Shown here in pieces: positions 28,932 to 38,800 of a stretch of 64,000 nucleotides of DNA. Positions within the stretch are counted from its first letter, which is position 1. Each line of letters begins with the position of its first letter. Below the pieces are notes generated by a model that saw nothing but the letters and a program-made list of their open reading frames with translations, ran no database searches and was not told where the DNA came from. The translations under genes were made by a program, and so were the position numbers. Source of the stretch: Bdellovibrionota bacterium FG-1 (GTDB lineage: Bacteria; Bdellovibrionota; UBA1018); assembly GCA_051382295.1 (NCBI GenBank), contig JBBCAW010000003.1, positions 63,351 through 127,350 on the forward strand. The letters are read 5' to 3'.

Positions 28932-31049
28932 CTACCGCCCTCGGAGTTTGTCGAGTTGGGGAATCGGTGGACCCTCATCGAATTCGGGTGCGAGGCGTCT
29001 CAATAACTTTTCTGCATCCGCGAGGGGTCTTGCGATTCGATCGTCCAAAGACTCGATGATTTGGCGAAGCTCTGCCGCTTTAATGCGCAGCGATTCAGGT
29101 ATTCCGGAAGATGGCCTGAGCTCGTACTCGATGCGTCTCATGGCTTTATAGGCCTGGGCGCGCCAACTCATGAGTCCCTCACGAAATCTCTTGGTGTCGG
29201 CTTTGTTTTTCTCGAATACTGAGCGGCTCAAACTTTGATTCCAGGTTTCGACCTCGCCGGTAGCTGCCAATAACTCATCGATGCATCTACTCATATAATC
29301 CTGAGAACGTTTGTCTTGAATTGCAAGGTTCACGGCGCGTTTTAGCTCAGAAGCGCGGAGATTAATGCGGATGATGGGACTCCGTTCGTTTCGTTCAATC
29401 GTATCCACATATTGGCGGATATGTAAAAACTCGTGTTGAGCAAGGTCCATGTCGAGGCCGTCGGGCAGGTAGACCTTTGCGATGTAATGCCCTGAGCCTG
29501 GTGGTTCTTGTTGAGGTTCGTTGGCATTGGATGCGAGGGCTAATCCTCCGCGGCCGGTGTTTGCATGGTCTTCGGCCACGACACGGGCGGCTTCTTCGCC
29601 GTTGATCACTTCAACCGAGATACGGATACCTTTGTCCTTGAGTCGCTTTGAGGCATCCTCGGCGTAGCGTTTTGTGCCTTCTAGCATTTTGAGGTAGGTG
29701 GGCTGCGCTTTTGGATCATTCCAAGGGGTCGACCACTGGAGTCGTTCGGGCTTGATCGCTTTCGGCTTAGAAGGTCTTGCGATAGAGGGGGACAATAGCC
29801 GCTCCTCCTCTTGTTTAAGCCGCTCAATAAACTCGGGACCAAGTCGAGCTACCGCATTGGCGCCGATGGGGCCACCATGGAGCATGGCTTTTACGGCTTG
29901 GATGATTTCGAGGTTCGTAATGAAATTTTCTCGATTGGGCAAAAATCTAAATAAGCGCCAAATGGCATTAGCATTGCCTTGAGTCAGTCTCATGAGAGTC
30001 TCTAAAGCGTCATCCGTAATTCTCGCTCCGGTACCTAATGTTTTGGTTTCAAAAACATCACGTACAAATTGTGGAGTGAGTGGTTTCATTTCAAACCAAT
30101 CTATTTCTCTTTCTTTTGGAGATAGCCTTTTAAACGTCTCTTTTACCGTTTTTTTCATTTTAGATACGGGAAGAAGATCCTCACCTGGGAAATTAAAATC
30201 GTTCAGGGCGAACGATTTTTTTACTATATATACCGGTGAAATCAAGATAATGCGCAGTTCGTTTTGTTTAAGTAACTCACGAAGGAGGTCTCTCGTAGCT
30301 TTGTGTTCATGAAAATAGACTTCATCAATGATCAATACCGGAGTTTTTGTCGGATTAGCCTCTTTGGTGATTTTTACAAAACGAGCAATGATTTGTTGAT
30401 AATCGAGATCATTCGGAATTGTATCATGAGGGAGCCAGAGCTTATCTAGAAGCGCGAAACGAAATTCCTCATTGAGGTCTTTAGGATCCAGCGAGTAGCG
30501 TTCTTGGCCCTCTTTTGTAGTGCCTTTAAAATGACTGCTCATGTCTTGAATTTGTTTCATTGAGATAAAATAGGGAGCGATCGAGGGATCTTCCTCTTTT
30601 AATTCGGCGATGGCTTCAAATACCATCGTGGTTTTGCCTACTCCTCCGGCGTCGACGATAGCGGTAATTCCGGGGCGATTCGCTACTTTTTGAATATGTT
30701 TTTTGAATAGTCTTAAATTAGTGGGGTCGAAGAATGCATTGTTACGAGTGGATAGACCCCAAATGATCATGGGCACATCGAAACGCCAGTACCAGCCCAT
30801 ATTTGGTTTTGTCCGAATAGGTGTCACCCCCTTTTGAGGGTCAACTTTTACGTCTTCGGCGACAATCGCAACAATAGGGCGCGTCGCTTGAAAGTCCTCC
30901 TTGAGGGGGGTGCTCATGGACTCCGCTACTCCAATCATGAGTGCTCTCAGAATTTGATCCAAGCACCGCAGTGGTTTTGGCGCGTCGGCCGCAAAGGCAG
31001 CTGGCGTCGCGAGGAGGAGTAGAAATAGTAAAAGGAGAACGCGGGTCAT
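28932..31049 (-). CDS. Secreted protein with a P-loop (AAA-like) ATPase domain and C-terminal HExxH motif
   Basis: Signal peptide ending AFA, AGGVGKTT (Walker A), VLIIDE (Walker B), HEFLH. Confidence 0.7.
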   Translation of the reverse strand: MTRVLLLLFLLLLATPAAFAADAPKPLRCLDQILRALMIGVAESMSTPLKEDFQATRPIVAIVAEDVKVDPQKGVTPIRTKPNMGWYWRFDVPMIIWGLSTRNNAFFDPTNLRLFKKHIQKVANRPGITAIVDAGGVGKTTMVFEAIAELKEEDPSIAPYFISMKQIQDMSSHFKGTTKEGQERYSLDPKDLNEEFRFALLDKLWLPHDTIPNDLDYQQIIARFVKITKEANPTKTPVLIIDEVYFHEHKATRDLLRELLKQNELRIILISPVYIVKKSFALNDFNFPGEDLLPVSKMKKTVKETFKRLSPKEREIDWFEMKPLTPQFVRDVFETKTLGTGARITDDALETLMRLTQGNANAIWRLFRFLPNRENFITNLEIIQAVKAMLHGGPIGANAVARLGPEFIERLKQEEERLLSPSIARPSKPKAIKPERLQWSTPWNDPKAQPTYLKMLEGTKRYAEDASKRLKDKGIRISVEVINGEEAARVVAEDHANTGRGGLALASNANEPQQEPPGSGHYIAKVYLPDGLDMDLAQHEFLHIRQYVDTIERNERSPIIRINLRASELKRAVNLAIQDKRSQDYMSRCIDELLAATGEVETWNQSLSRSVFEKNKADTKRFREGLMSWRAQAYKAMRRIEYELRPSSGIPESLRIKAAELRQIIESLDDRIARPLADAEKLLRRLAPEFDEGPPIPQLDKLRGR

Positions 31050-31193
31050 CTCCCTGTAGAATCGGTCGTTTGGCAGGGATTCTTAATGAGTTTGTTTTTT
31101 GACGGTCCTCAGACTCTCGTTGGAATGGGATTGCTTGCCGCGTTGATCCGGCGTACAAATAAGCGCGAGTTTAACCCCGTTGGATAAAAAATT

Positions 31194-32045
31194 ATGGAAC
31201 TTCACGCTAAGAACCCTCAATACCCACTTTTGGCGCTAACGGCTCTAGCGGTGCTTACAGTCACCGTTGCCCAGGCTGGTTCAAACCTGAAAGATCCTTG
31301 GGTCTCGACGCCTGAGCTTGTGTCGCATGGCAAGGCGCTTTTTCAGGCTCAATGCGCAGCCTGCCACGGTCCGGAAGGCAAGGGGAACGGCCCTGCTGCG
31401 GCGGTTTTAAACCCGCCGCCTCGTAATTTTTCGGTGACGACCGGATGGAAGAATGGTCGCAAGGTCAGTATGATTTTTAAGACTCTCAAAGAGGGGCTTC
31501 CGGGTTCGGCCATGGCGTCCTTTGGAACTTTGCCCGCTGATGACCGTTGGGCTTTGACTCACTATGTGATTTCACTTAACCCGACTGCACCCGAGCAAGA
31601 TGCCCCGGAGGATTTCAAAAAGGCCGGAGTGGATACCAGTGGCAACGGCGTTGAAGCCATCGAAAAGTCAATTTCGGTGGATCTTGCGATCGAACGAATT
31701 TCAACCCCTGAAACCGAGAGTGGGGCTCATCTCTATCAGCCGTTGAGTGTGGAAATGGATGAACAAATGGGCGGCGGGGCGCGAGTTTACTCGAGCCGCT
31801 GTGTTCAGTGTCATGGTCTGAAGGGTGAGGGTGGAATCAAAGTGAAAAATCTGGGCGTCATTCCCGTGGCATTTGTGACGACTCATCCTTTTTCCTCGGA
31901 TAAAACAATGGTCACGCAAGAAGCTTTTGATCACGTCGTCATTCAGGGGTTTTCGGGTGACCTCATGCCGGGTAATGGGCAGTTGAGCGGGGGTGAACTT
32001 CATGAGCTCTATTTATTTGTGAAGAGCCTGCCGAACGGTCGTTAA
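31194..32045 (+). CDS. Exported dihaem c-type cytochrome
   Basis: Signal peptide, CAACH and CVQCH, G.GP.A..L.P.PRNF. Confidence 0.9.
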   Translation: MELHAKNPQYPLLALTALAVLTVTVAQAGSNLKDPWVSTPELVSHGKALFQAQCAACHGPEGKGNGPAAAVLNPPPRNFSVTTGWKNGRKVSMIFKTLKEGLPGSAMASFGTLPADDRWALTHYVISLNPTAPEQDAPEDFKKAGVDTSGNGVEAIEKSISVDLAIERISTPETESGAHLYQPLSVEMDEQMGGGARVYSSRCVQCHGLKGEGGIKVKNLGVIPVAFVTTHPFSSDKTMVTQEAFDHVVIQGFSGDLMPGNGQLSGGELHELYLFVKSLPNGR

Positions 32046-33875
32046 CTCCGGCATACCGATGAGCCGAGTGGTGAGGGGCAGCACGGCCCCCTGGGTTTGG
32101 CTTCGAGCAACTCCGACGTAAAGAGCGGCATTCATGAGGCTTAAATGCACGGCGGCACTTGGAAAGTTGCCGGTCGTTTCGTGAGTTTCAAGATTAATTT
32201 GCTCTCCAAAAAGACCTAATGGCGTGGAGTAGGTGCATAGTTCGGCGAGTCGGTCGCTGGCTTCTTCGACTCTTCCCGAGAGAGCGAGACAGGAGATGAA
32301 TAAGAAACTTGTCACGAGCTGGGCGCTATCCGTTTCAGATTGCCCGTCAGCATTGCGAAAATGTTGAAGGATGACGCCATCGGAGAGGTTTTGTTGAAGC
32401 GTGTTGAGCGTGTTTTGGACGCGGATGTCATCAAAGGGCAAAAAGCCGATCAACGGAATCTGAAGGACGGAAGCGTCTAGGTCACGTTTACCGAAGGCCG
32501 AAGTAAACGTCAGAAGTTGGGAATCATATGCTTGTTGGCAAATGGTTTGGCGCAGAATTTGGCGTTCAGTGTTCCATCGTGCTGGCGCCTCTTGTTGGAG
32601 TTGGGCGGCCAGCGAGATTCCTCGGTCCAGTGCGGCCCAGCACATGATCTTTGAGGCCGCATAGTGTTCAGCTTTAGCGCGGGCTTCCCATGGACCGTGG
32701 TCTGGTCGGCGCCAGGCTTGGCAGACGTAGTCAAGGACCTCTGAGAGTTTTGGCCATAAGCCGGGTGGTAGTTCCCCAAAGAGGCGAAAATACTCACTAG
32801 CGGTGATCAAAATATGGCCATAGATATCGAGTTGAAATTGGCGTGCTGAATGATTGCCAATCCGGACCGGACGAGAACCCTGATACCCTGAAAGAAACGG
32901 TAATTCTTTTTCAGGGAGATCTTTTCCGCCGTCTAATGAGTAGACGGGCTGAAGTCCTTCCGCGCCATCACGGGTGATAATGTCGCTCAACCAAAGAAAA
33001 AATTCGTTGGCTTCGTCCCGGTATCCTAGATGCGCCAGAGCTTGAATTGCTACCGCGCCGTCCCGAATCCACGCGTATCGGTAGTCCCAGTTTCGGCTTG
33101 TTCCAGCCGTTCCGGGAATGGAAGTCGTGACTGCCTCGGCAATGGCGCCCGAATGCGCGCTGCTCAGAAGTTTGAAAACTAAAGCCGAGCGAGTCACCGC
33201 ATCGTGCCACGGGCCAGCAAAGAGACATCCTGATGGCGGGCAGCGATGGGCCCATCCTCGCCAATAGTCCGCAGTAATGGTGGGGGAGGGGGCTTGAGGT
33301 AGGTTGGCGCGCCTGCCCCAGGCCCAGGTAAAATGGGCTTTTTGGCCGGCTTCGAGGGAAAACTGCGAGGTGACGCTGGTGCCGCTCAACGGGATTGTGA
33401 GCGACACGTCGGCTCGAAGTCCTGCAAGTTCATCAGGGTAGGTGCCCCGAAAAAGGATGCCCCCGCGGTGCTGTTCCGCGCGGGCCGCATGGGCCCCGTA
33501 ACCGAATCGAGGAGCGCAAGTGAGTGTCCAGTCGACCTTACCATTGAGGATTTCGACCCTTCTGAAAATAATAGGGTCTTGTCGAAGATGGGGATCCATG
33601 GGCATCCAGTCCGTGAGCACCCCTCGTCCAGAGGGTGTTTCAAAAACCGTTTCGAGTACATGCGTCCGCTGGAGGTACCGTTGCTCTGATCTAAAGTCAC
33701 CCGTTGGAGCGATTTGAAAACGCCCCCCTTGGTTATCGTCTAGAATTGCTCCGAAATGGCTGGGTGAATCCAAATAGGGAAAACAGCACCACTCGACAGA
33801 GCCCAGACGATTGATGAGCGCCGCGCTGGATTGGTTACCAATGAGGCCGTAGTCGCTGAGTGGCAATGAACTCAT
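32013..33875 (-). CDS. Glycoside hydrolase family 15 (trehalase/glucoamylase-like)
   Basis: DYGLIGN..SAAL, RNWDYRYAWIRD, PVRIGN....QFQLD.YG, WE, LGLF.E, GNFP. Confidence 0.9.
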   Translation of the reverse strand: MSSLPLSDYGLIGNQSSAALINRLGSVEWCCFPYLDSPSHFGAILDDNQGGRFQIAPTGDFRSEQRYLQRTHVLETVFETPSGRGVLTDWMPMDPHLRQDPIIFRRVEILNGKVDWTLTCAPRFGYGAHAARAEQHRGGILFRGTYPDELAGLRADVSLTIPLSGTSVTSQFSLEAGQKAHFTWAWGRRANLPQAPSPTITADYWRGWAHRCPPSGCLFAGPWHDAVTRSALVFKLLSSAHSGAIAEAVTTSIPGTAGTSRNWDYRYAWIRDGAVAIQALAHLGYRDEANEFFLWLSDIITRDGAEGLQPVYSLDGGKDLPEKELPFLSGYQGSRPVRIGNHSARQFQLDIYGHILITASEYFRLFGELPPGLWPKLSEVLDYVCQAWRRPDHGPWEARAKAEHYAASKIMCWAALDRGISLAAQLQQEAPARWNTERQILRQTICQQAYDSQLLTFTSAFGKRDLDASVLQIPLIGFLPFDDIRVQNTLNTLQQNLSDGVILQHFRNADGQSETDSAQLVTSFLFISCLALSGRVEEASDRLAELCTYSTPLGLFGEQINLETHETTGNFPSAAVHLSLMNAALYVGVARSQTQGAVLPLTTRLIGMPELTTVRQALHK

Positions 33876-34402
33876 GCGACTCGTCGGATCTCAGGCGTGG
33901 AGGGTTCTTGGGCTGGGGTACGATGACCGATTCCATATTGGTATACGAGTCTGCCACCCAAAAATCCGGAGATCCCAAGAATCATGAGTGAAACAAAGGA
34001 GAGAATGATTTGGCCTGAAGTGACGATGTCCGGCATCCCCCCGTTCAGCGCATATCTTGCGTAAAGGTTGACCGCGTAGAGTGCGGTTACGACCAGGTTG
34101 AGTATCAGATGGGTCGTGGCGACCCGCTTAGGAAGACTGCCGGCCGGGATGCTCATATAATCCGCTAAACCGGTAGGTACGGCTAAAAGGAGGGAGACGA
34201 GGCCAGCCAAGACAAAGTCGAAGGAAACGGCCGCAAAAGCTCCGGTCATATCGAAGGCGAAAAAAATGTCGCAAACCAGACTGGAAAGCCAAAAACCGAT
34301 GGGAAGGTGGATCATGAGCGGATGCAGGGGGTGCTGGATGGATTTGCCCTGTAGCAACCGGAGAAGAGCACCCTTCGAGGATTGAGATTGGGGATTTGGC
34401 AT
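33872..34402 (-). CDS. DUF2231 membrane protein
   Basis: HPLHP...H.PIG, TGL.D, H...N, G.LGG.LVY..G. Confidence 0.85.
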   Translation of the reverse strand: MPNPQSQSSKGALLRLLQGKSIQHPLHPLMIHLPIGFWLSSLVCDIFFAFDMTGAFAAVSFDFVLAGLVSLLLAVPTGLADYMSIPAGSLPKRVATTHLILNLVVTALYAVNLYARYALNGGMPDIVTSGQIILSFVSLMILGISGFLGGRLVYQYGIGHRTPAQEPSTPEIRRVA

Positions 34403-34435
34403 GTTTGTCTCCTGATTAGATGGCTCAATCAAATA

Positions 34436-34451
34436 AGCAAGGTTAGGGCCA
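34436..34451 (-). promoter_or_regulatory. Sigma54 -24/-12 promoter of the DUF2231-GH15 operon
   Basis: TGGCCC-TAACC-TTGCT (GG-N10-GC). Confidence 0.55.
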
Positions 34452-34453
34452 AA

Positions 34454-35169
34454 TCAGGGCGACGTTTTTTTATGACGGAGGGCGACTCCTATTGCGACGA
34501 GGGCGCCCATCAGTGCGCCGAAGAGGACATCCGTAGGAAAATGGCGTCCAGCGAGAACGCGATAAAGCCCCGTTGAAAAGGTTAACGCAAAGCTCCCGAT
34601 GCCGGCGATGCCAACGAGCGCAAGGGGCGCTTGTCGCGCCGCGAGTGTCAGGGTGAGGTAAACAGTTGCTGTTGCCGAAAAACTGGTGTGCCCTGAATAA
34701 AACGAAGTGTAGTTTGAAAAATCTTTAGCACGAAGAGGATCTGTATAAACAAAAGGACGTGGTCGTTGTGTGAGGAGATGGGCGGTTTCAGTAAAAAGAC
34801 CGTTCCAAGCCGTGGTTTGAGCAAAAATCACGAAATCTGTGCCGATGGCAAAGAGGGCGGTCATGGGGCTGATGCGTCCGAGCAATAAGAGCGCGCCTTC
34901 CCAGAGTGGCGGGACACTGAGCGCCAAAATTCCTGACAATCCCTGTGTTGAAAATGAGAGTCGATCCGCGTCCATCACTTCGAGACCTACGGCTAGGCGA
35001 TCCATTGAGAGTAGGCTGGAGGGGGTGCATTGTTCGGGTTGACTTGCGCAATGAGGTTGAATCACTAAACCGCGCGAATAGATTGCGCCGATCCAAAAGA
35101 GAAACGGCAAAACCGTACCCAAAAAATCCGAGCGCTTGAGTTTGGGCGGGTTTTTAGTGCTGAGCAACA
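34454..35169 (-). CDS. PAP2-family membrane phosphatase
   Basis: R.RP, SFYSGH, RV.AGRHF.TDV..G; start uncertain. Confidence 0.85.
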
Positions 35170-35244
35170 TTGGAATCGGCCTTTTTTTTTCAATCATATC
35201 ATGGCACTCATGAAGGGTTAGAAAAATCATGAAAGGAATAATTT

Positions 35245-35772
35245 ATGTCGACTTTACGTGTTGGAACTTTGGCTCCCGAGTTTAGGGCTGATGCTTATGT
35301 TTCAGGTCAGAACGATGCAACGACGGTTAGTCTTAAGGATTTTCAGGGTAAGTGGGTTTGTTTGTTTTTCTATCCGCGTGATTTTACTTTTGTTTGTCCT
35401 ACTGAAATCCGTTCTTTCGCTCAGCACGAAAATGAGTTCAAAGAGCATGGCTGCCAGGTGGTTTCGTGCAGCACCGACAGTTATTACACGCATAAGGCAT
35501 GGTTTGAGCGCGACCTCAAAGATGTAAAATATCCGATTTTGGCTGACACCAATCATCAAATTTCGCGCGATTATGGTGTTCTTATTGAAGAAACCGGGGC
35601 TGCGCTTCGCGGTACATTTTTGATTGATCCCAAAGGCGTGCTTCAATGGATGAGTGTCAACGCATTAGGTACGGGGCGTTCTATTGAAGAAGTGATCCGG
35701 ACTTTGGCGGCGATGAAAACCGGTAGTCTTTGTCCCGCAGACTGGAGACCTGGCCAGGCCACGTTGAAGTAA
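35245..35772 (+). CDS. ahpC: 2-Cys peroxiredoxin (AhpC/TSA)
   Basis: FYP.DFTFVCPTE, GR...E, LCPA.W. Confidence 0.9.
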   Translation: MSTLRVGTLAPEFRADAYVSGQNDATTVSLKDFQGKWVCLFFYPRDFTFVCPTEIRSFAQHENEFKEHGCQVVSCSTDSYYTHKAWFERDLKDVKYPILADTNHQISRDYGVLIEETGAALRGTFLIDPKGVLQWMSVNALGTGRSIEEVIRTLAAMKTGSLCPADWRPGQATLK

Positions 35773-35871
35773 GTGGCACAGGGGTTCAATCATTTTTTCA
35801 TGTCTCGATCGACTATGGAATGTTCCATGCAAATTACCCATGCGCAGAACCTAGTAATTTAGGAGACAAAC

Positions 35872-36354
35872 ATGAAAAAGTTTCTCGCGATTCTCGCTAT
35901 GAGCGCTTTTGTGGCAAGTGGTGCGTTCGCACAATATGACAATACTTATACGTCAGCTGGTCAAAAAGCTGGCCAAGCAGGAACCAAGGCCGGGCAGAAA
36001 GCCGGTCAAGCAGGACAAAAGGCCGGGCAGAAAGCCGGCCAAGCAGGACAAAAGGCCGGGCAGAAGGCCGGCCAAGCAGGACAAAAGGCCGGGCAGAAGG
36101 CTGGCCAAGCAGGACAAAAGGCCGGGCAGAAGGCTGGCCAAGCAGGACAAAAGGCCGGGCAGAAGGCTGGCCAAGCAGGACAAAAGGCCGGGCAGAAGGC
36201 TGGCCAAGCAGGACAAAAGGCTGGTCAGAAGGCTGGTCAAGCAGGACAAAAGGCTGGTCAGAAGGCTGGTCAAGCAGGACAAAAGGCTGGTCAGAAAGCT
36301 GGCCAAGCTGCAGGACAAAAGGCTGGCCAAAAAGCAGGACAGAAGAGCGTTTGA
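35872..36354 (+). CDS. Secreted low-complexity (GQKAGQAGQKA)n repeat protein
   Basis: AGGAG RBS; signal peptide ending AFA; about 11-12 tandem 33-bp units with mostly third-position variation. Confidence 0.85.
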   Translation: MKKFLAILAMSAFVASGAFAQYDNTYTSAGQKAGQAGTKAGQKAGQAGQKAGQKAGQAGQKAGQKAGQAGQKAGQKAGQAGQKAGQKAGQAGQKAGQKAGQAGQKAGQKAGQAGQKAGQKAGQAGQKAGQKAGQAGQKAGQKAGQAAGQKAGQKAGQKSV

Positions 36355-36377
36355 GCTAGTTTCCGTACGGAGTTCTA

Positions 36378-36431
36378 AAAAATCAACGACCTGGGGGCGG
36401 TTATTTCATTCGTCTCCAGGTCGTTTCTTTT
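36378..36431. terminator. Probable bidirectional terminator between the repeat gene and gshA
   Basis: AACGACCTGG...CCAGGTCGTT stem with A-rich and T-rich flanks. Confidence 0.55.
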
Positions 36432-37729
36432 AATTCTCTTCCTGCCGCTAGCGCCGAAATCCTTGCAATTGCGCCATAAATCAACTCTAACAAGGGTTCT
36501 TCTTGTGACGGATGTTCTGGGCCGCTCGCAGGGTCATCTTCTTCAAATTCACGTAAATCAGACATGCACAGTTTGCGAAACACCATGCCTTGCGAATTGA
36601 GATTGTCCTCGATTCCTCTATCAGTATTCGTCCGCAGGAAACCGCCGATCAATTCGCCACCCGAAAGATAGATGACTGGCTCTGCCGCTAGACGGTCGAC
36701 TAGGGTTGCCGTTGGAATTCCTTCTTGTATGGCTACGCTCACAATTTCGGATCGATTTTTTCCAACACTCATTTTATTTTTTGTGCGCCGGTTCATATGA
36801 CGGATTTCATCGCCGGAGTGAACGACCATGATTCCCATGCCGTAGGTGCCTGAGTTGTTTTTCACAAAAACAAACGGCTTTTGCGTAATGCTATGAACGT
36901 CGTAGGATTTTTGCGTGCGGAGGAGAATCCGGTCGACGGCCTGGGCTACTTGTTCGACGCCATCGTCATCATTGAATCGAACGGGGCTGACTTCTTCGGT
37001 ATCAACCTGAATTAGCCAAGGGTCGATTCCGACAATCGCCGCAAACTCACCCACCAGCTCATTATAATGTCGAAAATGATCGGTTTTTTTGCGCGAATGC
37101 CAACCGAGCGTGTGGCTCGGGAGAATGGGCTGGGTGACGGCGTCTAAGTCTTTTGGATAGCCGCTTGAAAAATCATTATTCAACAAAATCATTTCGGGCG
37201 TGAAATCTCCCGCCGATAGAATTCCGTCATGAATCGATATTGGCCACGCTTCAAGGTGTTTTTGCGTTTCAGAAACCAGCTGAATAGAGCCCAAGGGGGA
37301 CAGCGAGTGGGAGGACGGAAGCGGTCCATACCAGCCTAGACGCACGTCAAAACCTGCGTTTTTGACAAGCTCGGAAAGAGAGTGAAGATTTTCCAGATAA
37401 AACAGATTGGAGGTGTGTGACTCAGGCAAAATCAAAATTCTCTGTGGAATCGCTCGATTCATGCGACCAAAGATTGCTTCGACCTGGGCCTTGAAAATAG
37501 GCGGGGCGGTGCGCTGGTCTTCAGGGCAAATATTATTGAACCCGGCGGGATACAAGTTGCTGTCGACTGGAACAATCTTATGCCCTGAGTCTCGCAGATC
37601 AATCGAGCAGTAAATGGGAGGGGGGGCGTGGCGTATTTGCTCCATGTGCCATTCCCAAATTTTTCGCCGATTTTTGCGAATTCCTTCGGCGAGTTGCTTT
37701 TTCGTGCGGGATAGGGAGGGGGGTATCAT
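36401..37729 (-). CDS. gshA: Glutamate--cysteine ligase (Acidithiobacillus-type, ATP-grasp)
   Basis: P.Y.S.DLRDSG.K..PVD.NLYPAGFNN, LNND.S.G, K...GTYGMGIM, QEG, AEPV.Y, NLN. Confidence 0.9.
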   Translation of the reverse strand: MIPPSLSRTKKQLAEGIRKNRRKIWEWHMEQIRHAPPPIYCSIDLRDSGHKIVPVDSNLYPAGFNNICPEDQRTAPPIFKAQVEAIFGRMNRAIPQRILILPESHTSNLFYLENLHSLSELVKNAGFDVRLGWYGPLPSSHSLSPLGSIQLVSETQKHLEAWPISIHDGILSAGDFTPEMILLNNDFSSGYPKDLDAVTQPILPSHTLGWHSRKKTDHFRHYNELVGEFAAIVGIDPWLIQVDTEEVSPVRFNDDDGVEQVAQAVDRILLRTQKSYDVHSITQKPFVFVKNNSGTYGMGIMVVHSGDEIRHMNRRTKNKMSVGKNRSEIVSVAIQEGIPTATLVDRLAAEPVIYLSGGELIGGFLRTNTDRGIEDNLNSQGMVFRKLCMSDLREFEEDDPASGPEHPSQEEPLLELIYGAIARISALAAGRELKETTWRRMK

Positions 37730-37738
37730 GAGTGTTTC

Positions 37739-38800
37739 TCACCGCGAGGTTTTGAGTTTTTCCATCTCAGCTAAGGTTTGATGAATAAGATCAGAGGTTT
37801 CTTTGGAGAGAGGGGCGGACCAGGCTTTCAAAAGCTCGATGGCTTGTTGAAGGTTTTGAAGGCCCTCATTTCTTAACACAAGGGAGAGCTCCCGCAAATA
37901 GGCGTGAGTCTGATCGGGGGTTCTGGGTTTAGGATGTAAAGCAGGCGGGCCGGGTGGTTTGCTGCAGGCTTTTAAATAGCTTTTGAATCCCGTAAGCAGC
38001 CGGTCTTTGGATTCCTGAGCCGAGGCTAAATCAGCCGTGAGCAACGTTTGGTGAAAAAACAAGAGTGACTCTAAAATGCATTCTCCGCGACGGCCGAGTT
38101 GATCCCGGGCTTGCGCTTCCTCAAGAAAGTTGGCAGAGGGAAATTTCGCACAAGATCGTAGCTTGAGTGCCTGGCGGACGCCCAAGAGTTCACCCTTGAG
38201 AGAGGGCGGGGCTTTGTCGGCGACAACAGCCTGCACAGAAGCGATGGCCGCCGAGGATTGAGGATCGCGATCGAGCTGAATGAGTGCTTTTGCTTTCAAA
38301 ACCAAGGTTTCAACGTGAAATAGGGGGGCTTTTTCAGATTTCTGAGGCGTCTGAGCAGAGAGGATGTGCAAGTTTTCGTCGCTCGTCAGGAGAGCTTCGG
38401 ATGGCTGGTGGAGGGCAAGATAGGCTCGCATTAACTCGATGCGAGCGGCGATTCCGTCCTCCGTTTTTGGGTGGGTGAGGACATAGTCTTTGAGTAACCG
38501 TTTCGCTTTTTCTGGTTTTTTCAATTCTAAATAGGAATGAGAGAGTAGGAACTGTGCCTCAGTGGAGTTGGGGTGTCCTGGATAGCGGGCTAAAAGTCGC
38601 TCCAGCAAATAGGCGGCCCGACTAAAATTGCGAGCTTCAAAACTGGCATGGCCGTCTTTCCAGAGAATCTCGGACTCCCCGCGGGACGTGGGCCCCACGC
38701 TGGTGGGGGAAATCCCCGTTTCGGAGGTTGGCGTAGCGGCGTTCCCCTGCGTGGCCACCACTAGCACCAGTAGTCCAAACACAAAATAATAGTTATTCAT
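37739..38800 (-). CDS. Exported TPR (BamD/YbgF-like) protein
   Basis: Signal peptide; TPR-like helices ..LL.RYP.....EA.F.L..SY. Confidence 0.7.
   Translation of the reverse strand: MNNYYFVFGLLVLVVATQGNAATPTSETGISPTSVGPTSRGESEILWKDGHASFEARNFSRAAYLLERLLARYPGHPNSTEAQFLLSHSYLELKKPEKAKRLLKDYVLTHPKTEDGIAARIELMRAYLALHQPSEALLTSDENLHILSAQTPQKSEKAPLFHVETLVLKAKALIQLDRDPQSSAAIASVQAVVADKAPPSLKGELLGVRQALKLRSCAKFPSANFLEEAQARDQLGRRGECILESLLFFHQTLLTADLASAQESKDRLLTGFKSYLKACSKPPGPPALHPKPRTPDQTHAYLRELSLVLRNEGLQNLQQAIELLKAWSAPLSKETSDLIHQTLAEMEKLKTSR

Noticed and set aside
35774..35790. Sigma54 promoter for the repeat-protein gene (TGGCAC-N5-TTCAA)
   Set aside because: The -12 GC is absent, so support is too weak
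35909..36433. Alternative-frame ORFs (KQDKRPGRR and LLSCLAS repeats)
   Set aside because: Shadows of the 33-bp repeat; only the GQKA frame has an RBS, a signal peptide and synonymous variation
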